From NCBI GenBank assembly GCA_963675915.1, contig OY780959.1:660001-692000 (forward strand): a stretch of DNA of 32,000 nt, in the 5' to 3' direction. Under the pieces are notes generated by a model. It saw only the letters and a program-made list of their open reading frames with translations, was not told the DNA's origin and did no database searches. The first letter of the stretch is position 1. Each line of letters starts with the position of its first letter. The translations under genes and the position numbers were made by a program. Origin of the DNA: Coprobacillaceae bacterium. Its GTDB lineage: Bacteria; Bacillota_I; Bacilli_A; Erysipelotrichales; Coprobacillaceae. Shown here one piece after another: positions 1-7,161 of the stretch.

Positions 1-15
1 AAAAAACTCTATCGA

Positions 16-276
16 TTAGATAGAGTTAACTAGTTTTGCTAATCTAGATTTTTGTCTGCTAGCAGTGTTTTTGTGGTTGATTCCTTTTGTTACTGATGCG
101 TCTAGTTTAGAAGCAGCTACGTTATATGCAGCCATTGCGTCTTCTTTATTACCAGCTTCAACTGCAGCGTTTACTTTTTTGATTGCAGTTTTTAATGATG
201 ATTTAAATGAAGCGTTCTTTGCTCTTTTAATATTGTCATTTTTATAACGTTTAATTTGTTGTTTCATGTTAGCCAT
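16..276 (-). CDS. rpsT: 30S ribosomal protein S20
   Basis: The translation MANMKQQIKRYKNDNIKRAKNASFKSSLKTAIKK... is a typical small basic S20. The ATG at 276 lies 6 nt downstream of GGAGGTG (reverse complement of 283-289). The GTG at 285 used by the ORF track lies inside that Shine-Dalgarno sequence, so 276 is preferred. Confidence 0.93.
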   Translation of the reverse strand: MANMKQQIKRYKNDNIKRAKNASFKSSLKTAIKKVNAAVEAGNKEDAMAAYNVAASKLDASVTKGINHKNTASRQKSRLAKLVNSI

Positions 277-305
277 TATTTTCACCTCCGTTAATATGCC
301 ACTTT

Positions 306-334
306 ATTATACTTAATTATGTTTGCAAATGCAA
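306..334 (-). promoter_or_regulatory. Putative sigma-A promoter of rpsT
   Basis: On the minus strand, -35 TTGCAT (334..329) is followed by a 17-nt spacer and -10 TATAAT (311..306). This is about 25 nt upstream of the rpsT Shine-Dalgarno sequence. Confidence 0.5.
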
Positions 335-426
335 ATAGTATTTTAATTTTTTCTTATTTTTAACTCTACACTGATATTTTACCATATTTGAGCTTTTGAT
401 GCGACCTTTAGCTACATTGATATTTC

Positions 427-455
427 TTGTTGTTACTTTGAGCCTATGGTATAAT
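427..455 (+). promoter_or_regulatory. Putative extended -10 promoter of the psp operon
   Basis: TGgTATAAT at 447-455 (extended -10), with a weak -35 TTGTTG at 427-432 and a 17-nt spacer. AGGAGG at 471-476 precedes the ATG at 484. Confidence 0.55.
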
Positions 456-483
456 CTTTATATGAAAAATAGGAGGTAATCTT

Positions 484-1161
484 ATGGGTATTTTAAAAAG
501 ATTTTCCGACATTATGTCGGCCAATATTAACGCCTTGCTCGACAAGGCTGAAGATCCAGAAAAAATGATTGATCAGTATCTGCGTCAGATGAAAGCTGAC
601 TATCTTGAAGTCAAAAACGAAACCGCAGTGGTTTTGGCTCAGGAAAAAACTGCAATTCGCAAAGTTGATGAATGCAATGACAAGATCGATTCAATGGTGG
701 CTTATGCCAAAAAAGCGATTCAGGACAATAATGACAGTGACGCCAAAACATTCTTGAATAAAAAGGCATTCTTGCAAACCAAACTCGAACAGTTGGAAAA
801 AGAACGTGACCTTGCCAGCTCGAACGCTAAGAAAATGCGTCAGATGCATGATAAGCTTTTTGATGACATCACCAAGCTGGAAGAAAAACGCGAAGTGCTC
901 AAATCAAAACTCAAAGTTGCCAAAACTCAGGAGAAAATGGCAGACTTAACTTCGAAGTTCTCGGATTCGGTTTCACTGGAAACTTTCGAACAGCTTGAAG
1001 ACAAAATCGATCAACAAGTTGCCAAGGCAGAAGCTATGGCTGAACTCGGGGTTGGAGATGAAGAGGATCTCGATGCCTTGATGGACAAGTATGACGATGA
1101 TAATGAAGACGAAAAAGTAGAAGATGAACTGGCGGCTTTAAAAGCTGAAATGGGGTTATAA
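484..1161 (+). CDS. pspA: PspA/IM30 family phage-shock protein (LiaH/PspA-like)
   Basis: 225-aa coiled-coil protein. The N-terminus MGILKRFSDIMSANINALLDKAEDPEKMIDQYLRQM is the characteristic PspA/IM30 helix, and the C-terminal tail is acidic. The Shine-Dalgarno sequence is strong. Confidence 0.9.
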   Translation: MGILKRFSDIMSANINALLDKAEDPEKMIDQYLRQMKADYLEVKNETAVVLAQEKTAIRKVDECNDKIDSMVAYAKKAIQDNNDSDAKTFLNKKAFLQTKLEQLEKERDLASSNAKKMRQMHDKLFDDITKLEEKREVLKSKLKVAKTQEKMADLTSKFSDSVSLETFEQLEDKIDQQVAKAEAMAELGVGDEEDLDALMDKYDDDNEDEKVEDELAALKAEMGL

Positions 1162-2120
1162 TGATGGGATTTTTTTCAAAACAATTTCAAAGCGTCATCG
1201 AGTGGAATGAAACTCGGGACGATGTGATTTTTTTCAAGTGGCAGGACAATGAAATCAAAAAAGATTCCCGACTGATTATCAGACCGGGTCAGGATGCCAT
1301 TTTCCTGCATAACGGTAAGGTCGAAGGGATTTTTGAGGATGAAGGAAGTTATGATGTTGAATCGGAGATCATTCCGTTTTTGACTACGCTCAAATCATTC
1401 AAATTCGGATTCAATACGCCCCTAAGAGCTGAGGTGCTGTTTATCAACACCAAGGAATTTCTGGTCAAATGGGGTACCAAAAATCCAATCAACCTGAAAC
1501 ATCCCCAACTTCCCGGGGGGGTGCCGATTAGATGCTTTGGCACATTTGCCTTCAAAGTCGACGATCGTCAGGTATTCATCGACAAGATTGCCGGAATCCG
1601 TCAGACATTCACAGTGGGTGATGTCAAGGAAAGGATGGTTTCCAATCTTAATCCGTTGTTGATGGCGCAAATTTCCAAAGAAGGTCATGACATGTTCAAT
1701 CTCCAAAGCGATGCAGCAGCCATTGGAAATGGCTTGAAACTGGATTTGGATTATGATCTGCTTAAAATCGGACTTACGGTTACGGATTTTAGAATCGAGA
1801 GTTTCTCATATCCTGAAGAAATTGCCAGAATGCAGACCAAAGTGGCCGGACAGGCAATGGTCAACGACATTCAGCATTATCAAAATATCGCATTGGCTGA
1901 CTCGATGGAAAAAGGGACTGAAGGAAGTATGGCTGGCAGTATGGCTCAGATGCAGGTTGGGATGATGATGGGTCAGCAGATGGTTGCCAATATGAAAGAA
2001 AACCAGGAGCAAGGAAGCAATCCGGCCCCTGGAGGCGCTTATCCGAAATTCTGCCCTAACTGCGGAACCAAGACTACCGGAGGAAACTTCTGTGGCGAAT
2101 GCGGCCAGAAGCTTAAATAA
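1161..2120 (+). CDS. SPFH-like ('virion core protein'-type) protein with C-terminal zinc ribbon, YdjI-like
   Basis: The N-terminal region ...VIEWNETRDDVIFFKWQDNEIKKDSRLIIRPGQDAIFLHNGKVEG...EIIPFLTTLKSFKFGFNTPLRAEVLFINTKEF closely parallels B. subtilis YdjI as I remember it. A Met/Gly/Gln-rich linker leads to CPNCGTK..FCGECGQK. The start overlaps the pspA stop (TAATG). Confidence 0.85.
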   Translation: MMGFFSKQFQSVIEWNETRDDVIFFKWQDNEIKKDSRLIIRPGQDAIFLHNGKVEGIFEDEGSYDVESEIIPFLTTLKSFKFGFNTPLRAEVLFINTKEFLVKWGTKNPINLKHPQLPGGVPIRCFGTFAFKVDDRQVFIDKIAGIRQTFTVGDVKERMVSNLNPLLMAQISKEGHDMFNLQSDAAAIGNGLKLDLDYDLLKIGLTVTDFRIESFSYPEEIARMQTKVAGQAMVNDIQHYQNIALADSMEKGTEGSMAGSMAQMQVGMMMGQQMVANMKENQEQGSNPAPGGAYPKFCPNCGTKTTGGNFCGECGQKLK

Positions 2121-3100
2121 TGGAATACAAATGTAAGAACTGTGGTGGCAATGTCATCTTCGACCCGGAAAAACAGAAGATGTTTTGTCCCCATTGCTCA
2201 TCGCTGGAGTCCCAGGATATCATCAACCATGAAAATTCCAAGTGTCCCAACTGCGGCGCCGATTTGGATGCGACTGCAAAAGCAACCTCATCAAGATGCC
2301 AGTATTGTGATACCTATCTGGTTCTTGATGAACATTTAAAAGACAATTACCGGCCTGACGTGGTTTTGCCTTTCCAGGTAAGCAAAAATCAGGCCACTGA
2401 AATATTGAACAAGAATTTCGGGAAGCGGATTTTCGTTCCTGACAATTTCCTTTCGCAAAAATCATTGGAGGCCATCCAAGGAATTTATGTTCCGTACTAC
2501 CTCTATGATTTCAATTCCCACTGTCATCTTGATGCCGTGGGAATCAAGGACCGTACCTATCGCCGCGGTGATTATTTGATTACCGAACATCATCATTTCA
2601 ATGTGCTGCGGGATATGGATATTCCTTTCAACAAGGTTCCGGCAGACGGTTCCCAGGAACTTGACGATATCAAGATGTCCTTGATTGAACCTTATGATTA
2701 TCAACAGCTTTTGGCGTTTGATGAGAAATACCTTTCCGGATTCTTTTCCAATCAGGCCGACTTTTTAAGTGATGAGGTGGAAGCGGTGGCTCATCACAAG
2801 GCTGATGATTTTTCCAAGACGATTCTGGCTCAAAGCGTCAGTGGCTACACTCGGCTGATCAAAAAGGACGAATCGATTGTTTTGGACATGTTGAATGTTG
2901 ATTATACCCTGCTGCCGATGTATATCTACAAATACGCCTTCAAGGGTGAAACATATGAAATATTTGTCAACGGTCAAAACGGCAAAGTCATCGGGGAAAT
3001 TCCAATCTCCAAATCCAAGGCGGTGCTTTATTTCGTCTTGATGGTGATCTGTCTGGTGGCGTTGGCAATTTTAGGATTGAATTTGGTGGAAATGTTATGA
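2120..3100 (+). CDS. Double zinc-ribbon protein with C-terminal transmembrane anchor, YdjG-like
   Basis: Two CxxC...CxxC ribbons (CKNCGG..CPHCSS and CPNCGA..CQYCDT) and a C-terminal hydrophobic helix AVLYFVLMVICLVALAILGLNLV. The start overlaps the upstream stop (TAATG). Architecture and context match ydjG of the B. subtilis pspA-ydjGHI operon. Confidence 0.7.
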   Translation: MEYKCKNCGGNVIFDPEKQKMFCPHCSSLESQDIINHENSKCPNCGADLDATAKATSSRCQYCDTYLVLDEHLKDNYRPDVVLPFQVSKNQATEILNKNFGKRIFVPDNFLSQKSLEAIQGIYVPYYLYDFNSHCHLDAVGIKDRTYRRGDYLITEHHHFNVLRDMDIPFNKVPADGSQELDDIKMSLIEPYDYQQLLAFDEKYLSGFFSNQADFLSDEVEAVAHHKADDFSKTILAQSVSGYTRLIKKDESIVLDMLNVDYTLLPMYIYKYAFKGETYEIFVNGQNGKVIGEIPISKSKAVLYFVLMVICLVALAILGLNLVEML

Positions 3101-3960
3101 GCAAGATAGTAAAAAGATTCATAGTCGGATTTGTGGCAATCGGGATATTGATTATCGCCAATATCTTCTTTTGGTTGCAAAGTCCTACTCAATACACCAG
3201 AACCAATCCGGAAACTGCAACCACCCAACGGGTGTTCGATTATGCCAACAAGCTAACTGACATCCAGGAAGCTGAGTTGGAGACAAAAATCGCCAACTAT
3301 CAAAAACAGACCAACAGCGATATTGTGATAGTGACTTTGAACGAATCGTTGGCAGATTATGCCAAACAATATGATCCTGGTGCCTATGGTAATGATTACA
3401 CCATGATCTATGCCGACAATTTCTATGAGGAGTATGTCTTTGGCTACAATGAACCATATGGCAACGGTGTGCTGCTGGTGGATAACTGGTATCGTGAGGA
3501 TACCGGTTCGATTTACTCGTGGATGCTTACCAGCGGCAGCGTTTATGAACGCTATTCTTCTGGGATGATTGATGACACTTTGAATCAGGCTTTGGAAAAT
3601 GTCGATTTTGACCCTTATGGAGCCTACTCCAAATTCGTTGATCTATTCTATCAGGAAATGACTGGAAACATCCTGATTCCTCCGTATTATTATGCTATTG
3701 CAATCGGAGGAGCTTTGGTAATTTCCGGAGTCATAACTTTGATACATCTAAGGAAAAACCGCGGTGAAAGCTCGGTAACGCCTTATACTTATACTTCAAG
3801 GGATCAGGCGGTCATGAATATGGACGCGGATACCTTCACTCATACGACCCGGACCCGGGTTTATGCCCCGATTAAAAAATCATCAAAAGGTGGTGGCGGC
3901 GGAGGCGGTCACATGTCTGGTGGTGGTCATACATTCGGTGGTGGCGGTCACAGTCGTTAA
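3097..3960 (+). CDS. TPM-domain membrane protein, YdjH-like
   Basis: N-terminal TM helix, then a TPM-like core (RVFDYANKLTDIQEAELETKI...SDIVIVTLNES...NGVLLVDN), a second TM helix and a Gly/His-rich tail (GGGGGGGHMSGGGHTFGGGGHSR) typical of TPM proteins. ATGA overlap with the upstream gene. Confidence 0.8.
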   Translation: MSKIVKRFIVGFVAIGILIIANIFFWLQSPTQYTRTNPETATTQRVFDYANKLTDIQEAELETKIANYQKQTNSDIVIVTLNESLADYAKQYDPGAYGNDYTMIYADNFYEEYVFGYNEPYGNGVLLVDNWYREDTGSIYSWMLTSGSVYERYSSGMIDDTLNQALENVDFDPYGAYSKFVDLFYQEMTGNILIPPYYYAIAIGGALVISGVITLIHLRKNRGESSVTPYTYTSRDQAVMNMDADTFTHTTRTRVYAPIKKSSKGGGGGGGHMSGGGHTFGGGGHSR

Positions 3961-3984
3961 GGTACTCTAAAGAGTACCTTTTTT
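3961..3984 (+). terminator. Rho-independent terminator of the psp operon
   Basis: 7-bp stem GGTACTC/GAGTACC (3961-3967 / 3972-3978), loop TAAA, then T6 (3979-3984), immediately after the stop codon. Confidence 0.85.
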
Positions 3985-4037
3985 AGTACAATTGCTTATT
4001 TATGAAGCATTAATGCGTTTAATAGTTAACCAATATA

Positions 4038-4046
4038 TGGTATAAT
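4038..4046 (+). promoter_or_regulatory. Putative extended -10 promoter of fmt
   Basis: TGgTATAAT at 4038-4046. The same 12-mer TATGGTATAATC occurs at the psp promoter (445-456). The -35 is weak (TTAATA-like). Confidence 0.5.
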
Positions 4047-4073
4047 CATACAGTGGATAGGAAGGGGTTATCA

Positions 4074-5009
4074 ATGAATACTAAAATACTATTTATGGGA
4101 ACGGCATCTTTTTCAAAAGCGGTTCTTTTAAAATTAATAGAAAATAAATATGATGTGATTGGAGTTGTAACGCAACCGGATCGTTATGTGGGCCGCAAAA
4201 AGGTCCTGACTTTTCCGGAGGTGAAAACCGTCGCATTAGAACATGATATTCCGGTATATCAGCCGGAAAATATCAAAAAGGATTATCAGGAACTGCTCGA
4301 TTTAAATCCGGACATTGTCATCACTGCGGCTTATGGTCAGATTATTCCTGAAGTGATTTTGGAAATGGCGCCTTTAAAGGCAATCAATGTCCATGCTTCG
4401 CTGTTACCGCAATATCGCGGGGGAGCGCCGGTCCATCAGGCAATTATCGATGGCAATGAAAAAACCGGGGTGACAATCATGTACATGGTCAAAAAGATGG
4501 ATGCCGGAAATATTATTTCCCAGGCGGAAGTTGTTATCGGTGAAAATGAAACCACCGGTGAACTGTACGATCGTCTTAGCGATGTTGGGGCCGAACTTTT
4601 GATTGAAACTTTACCGTCAATCATTGCGGGAACGAACCAATCGATTCCTCAAGATGAGAGTCTGGTCACATATGCACCAGTGATCAACCGGGATAAAGAA
4701 TTCATCTCCTTTAATAAGGATAGCAAAGCTGTTTTCAACCAGGTGCGGGGACTCAACCCGTGGCCGGGAGGATATGCGAAGTTTGATGAGAAGAATATTA
4801 AAATCTGGTTGGGCCGTTATGATGATAATGATACCGGGAAAAAGCCCGGAGAAATTGTGGCGATAACCAAAGATGCCATCGCAGTAGCTTGTGCCAGCGG
4901 GATTTTCTATATTACTGACTTCCAGATTCCGGGCAAAAAACGGATGGCGGTCAAAGATTACCTCAACGGAAAAAGTATTTTTGAAGTTGGCGATTCATTC
5001 GAGTCGTAA
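4074..5009 (+). CDS. fmt: Methionyl-tRNA formyltransferase
   Basis: MNTKILFMGTASFS..., the HASLLPQYRGGAPVHQAII motif and a C-terminal Fmt domain. The ATG at 4074 is preceded by AGGAAGGGG (4059-4067). The GTG at 4053 in the ORF track lies only 7 nt after the -10 box and is rejected. Confidence 0.93.
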   Translation: MNTKILFMGTASFSKAVLLKLIENKYDVIGVVTQPDRYVGRKKVLTFPEVKTVALEHDIPVYQPENIKKDYQELLDLNPDIVITAAYGQIIPEVILEMAPLKAINVHASLLPQYRGGAPVHQAIIDGNEKTGVTIMYMVKKMDAGNIISQAEVVIGENETTGELYDRLSDVGAELLIETLPSIIAGTNQSIPQDESLVTYAPVINRDKEFISFNKDSKAVFNQVRGLNPWPGGYAKFDEKNIKIWLGRYDDNDTGKKPGEIVAITKDAIAVACASGIFYITDFQIPGKKRMAVKDYLNGKSIFEVGDSFES

Positions 5010-5023
5010 TCGAGGTTTTTTCA

Positions 5024-5260
5024 ATGGGACTTAATTATTATGAATTGGGAGATTATTTGCGAAAAAGAAGAATCTTTTTGAATTACTCCCTGGACACGGT
5101 GGCAGTTAAAACCGGTATCTCCCGGGCAACATTGGCTCGGATTGAAACCAGCGAGGTGGACAAGATCGATCTTGGATTGTTCCTGCTGCTTTGTCGGACA
5201 CTTTACCTCGATTACGTTCAGGTGATCGAGGATTGCAAGGAGAATGAAAATGAATACTGA
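5024..5260 (+). CDS. Small XRE-family helix-turn-helix protein
   Basis: 78 aa. LRKRRIFLNYSLDTVAVKTGISRATLARIETSE is a classic Cro/C1-type HTH. GAGG lies 8 nt upstream of the start. The 3' end overlaps the next gene. Confidence 0.7.
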   Translation: MGLNYYELGDYLRKRRIFLNYSLDTVAVKTGISRATLARIETSEVDKIDLGLFLLLCRTLYLDYVQVIEDCKENENEY

Positions 5261-6542
5261 TTTATTTAAATATATTGAGGCGAGTCCATCGCCATATCAC
5301 GCAGTCGGAGAACTTGAGAAGAAACTGAAAAACAATGGGTTTATCAGTTTGGTGGAAACCGAAAGTTGGAATCTTGAAAAAGGGAAGGATTATTATGTTA
5401 AACGTAACGGGACATCGATTATCGCTTTTAAAGTTCCTCATACTTTCGAGGATCTCAAGATAACCGCGGCTCATAGTGATTCACCAACCTTCATCATCAA
5501 AGAAAACGGTGAAATCCACGAGAATACATTCATGCGACTTAACGTTGAAAAATACGGGGGCATGATCATGTCAACTTTTCTGGACAGACCGTTGTCGCTG
5601 GCGGGACGGGTGATGGTGCTTAAAGACGGAAAAATCAAGGCGGAAGTGATCAACATCGACCGGGATTTGCTGATGATTCCCAACTGTGCCATCCATCTTA
5701 ACCGTGAAGTAAATGAAGGCTACAAGTACAAGGTCAAGGACGATATGTTTCCGATTATCGCCCAGTCGGTCAATAAGCTGGAACTCAAACACATTATTCA
5801 AAGCAATACTGATATCGATGGTGAAATCCTCAGCTACGACCTTTATCTCTACAATCGGGAAAAAGCTGGTTATTGGGGGCTGGAAAACGACTTTTTCAAA
5901 GCACCACGCATCGACAACCTGGAATGCACTTATGCGATTTTTGAGGCTCTGTTGAAATCGGAAGACCGCAACTCGCTGAATATGGCCATCACTTTCGACA
6001 ATGAAGAAGTGGGATCAGGCACCAAACAGGGGGCCAATTCGACTTTCCTGATCGATGTGCTGAGCCGAATCAAGGAAAAGTTCGAACTGACCAATGAACA
6101 GTATCTTAAAATGGTGGCTAAGGGGATGATGGTTTCCTGTGACAATGCCCATGGATATCACCCCAACCATAAGGAATTGTATGATCTAAAGGCCCCTTGT
6201 CTTAACAAGGGTGTGGTAATCAAGCATAATGCCAACCAAAAATATACAACTGACAGTTTTTCCAGTGCCCTTTTCAAGGCAGTGCTAAAAAAACTCGATG
6301 TTCCATATCAGGATTTCTATAATCATTCCAATCAGCCCGGCGGTTCGACGCTCGGGAATATTTCCAACAGTCAGCTGTCATTAAATACAATCGACATCGG
6401 TCTGGCCCAATGGGCGATGCACTCGGCCATGGAATCAGCCGGATCAAAAGATCTCAAATATCTGGTTTTGGGACTGATTGGATTTTACAAACATGATTTC
6501 AAGATCCTAGGTTCTGACATCGTGTTTGGGAAAGAAGGGTAA
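5250..6542 (+). CDS. M18-family aminopeptidase
   Basis: Motifs SPSPYHAV, AAHSDSPTF, FDNEEVGSGTKQGA and WAMHSAMES. AAGGAG (5237-5242) is 7 nt before the ATG at 5250. The in-frame ATG at 5244 is an alternative start. Confidence 0.88.
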   Translation: MNTDLFKYIEASPSPYHAVGELEKKLKNNGFISLVETESWNLEKGKDYYVKRNGTSIIAFKVPHTFEDLKITAAHSDSPTFIIKENGEIHENTFMRLNVEKYGGMIMSTFLDRPLSLAGRVMVLKDGKIKAEVINIDRDLLMIPNCAIHLNREVNEGYKYKVKDDMFPIIAQSVNKLELKHIIQSNTDIDGEILSYDLYLYNREKAGYWGLENDFFKAPRIDNLECTYAIFEALLKSEDRNSLNMAITFDNEEVGSGTKQGANSTFLIDVLSRIKEKFELTNEQYLKMVAKGMMVSCDNAHGYHPNHKELYDLKAPCLNKGVVIKHNANQKYTTDSFSSALFKAVLKKLDVPYQDFYNHSNQPGGSTLGNISNSQLSLNTIDIGLAQWAMHSAMESAGSKDLKYLVLGLIGFYKHDFKILGSDIVFGKEG

Positions 6543-6544
6543 TT

Positions 6545-7048
6545 ATGGAAAAACAGAATTTTTCGAAAATCGTTTGGGAATACCTCAAGGTTATTGTCAT
6601 CACGGTTGTCTGTGCCTTTATCGTGCTGCAGTTTTTCCAGGTATCCCGGGTCAACGGTTCGTCGATGTCGCCGTCTTATGAGGACGGGGATATCATCCTG
6701 GTGAACAAGTACTTCTATCGTCACGACGAAAATCCTCAAAGAGGGGAGATAATCATTGCCGAATATCATTCCGATACTCTAAAAGAGCGGTATATAATCA
6801 AACGAATTATCGGAATCGGCGGCGATCATATTGTTATCAAGGACAATGAATTGTTTGTAAATGATGGTTTGGTTACCGAAGACTATATCAAGGAACCGAT
6901 GATCACCGCCAACCTCGATATTTACGTGCCTGAGGGCGAAGTTTTTGTTATGGGAGACAATCGAAACAACTCTTTGGACTCCCGAGCAATTGGATATTTG
7001 GACTTCGATGATCAAATAATTGGCCATGTAATCATGACAATTTTTTAA
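6545..7048 (+). CDS. lepB: Signal peptidase I (S26)
   Basis: N-terminal TM helix, Ser box GSSMSPSY, Lys box KRIIGIGGD, and GDNRNNSLDSR. Confidence 0.92.
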   Translation: MEKQNFSKIVWEYLKVIVITVVCAFIVLQFFQVSRVNGSSMSPSYEDGDIILVNKYFYRHDENPQRGEIIIAEYHSDTLKERYIIKRIIGIGGDHIVIKDNELFVNDGLVTEDYIKEPMITANLDIYVPEGEVFVMGDNRNNSLDSRAIGYLDFDDQIIGHVIMTIF

Positions 7049-7104
7049 GTAATTTTTGATAATTCCAAAATATCTTATTTTATTTTGCCTTTTTTAAATT
7101 TTTG

Positions 7105-7132
7105 TTGAAAAAACCATTTTATGTGATACAAT
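7105..7132 (+). promoter_or_regulatory. Putative promoter of the PEPCK-like gene
   Basis: -35 TTGAAA (7105-7110), 16-nt spacer, extended -10 TGaTACAAT (7124-7132), within an AT-rich upstream region. Confidence 0.55.
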
Positions 7133-7161
7133 ATAACAAATTAGTTGAAAGGATGTAAAAG

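Noticed and set aside
65-247. 60-aa plus-strand ORF opposite rpsT.
   Set aside because: It is embedded in the unmistakable S20 gene on the other strand. It has no Shine-Dalgarno sequence and its translation is low-complexity.
445-456. Identical 12-mer TATGGTATAATC at 445-456 and 4036-4047, considered as a dispersed repeat.
   Set aside because: Both copies sit at the expected distance upstream of operon starts and are simply extended -10 promoter boxes. The flanking sequence is unrelated.
1515-1521. G7 homopolymer inside the SPFH/YdjI-like gene, considered as a possible phase-variation tract.
   Set aside because: It encodes the conserved LPGG motif, which is also present in B. subtilis YdjI. 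Seven residues is short for slipped-strand switching, and the frame is intact.
3886-3957. Repetitive GGT/GGC-rich DNA at the 3' end of the TPM gene.
   Set aside because: It encodes the Gly/His-rich C-terminal tail common to TPM-domain proteins. It is not a tandem DNA repeat with a regular unit and not a CRISPR-like or VNTR structure.
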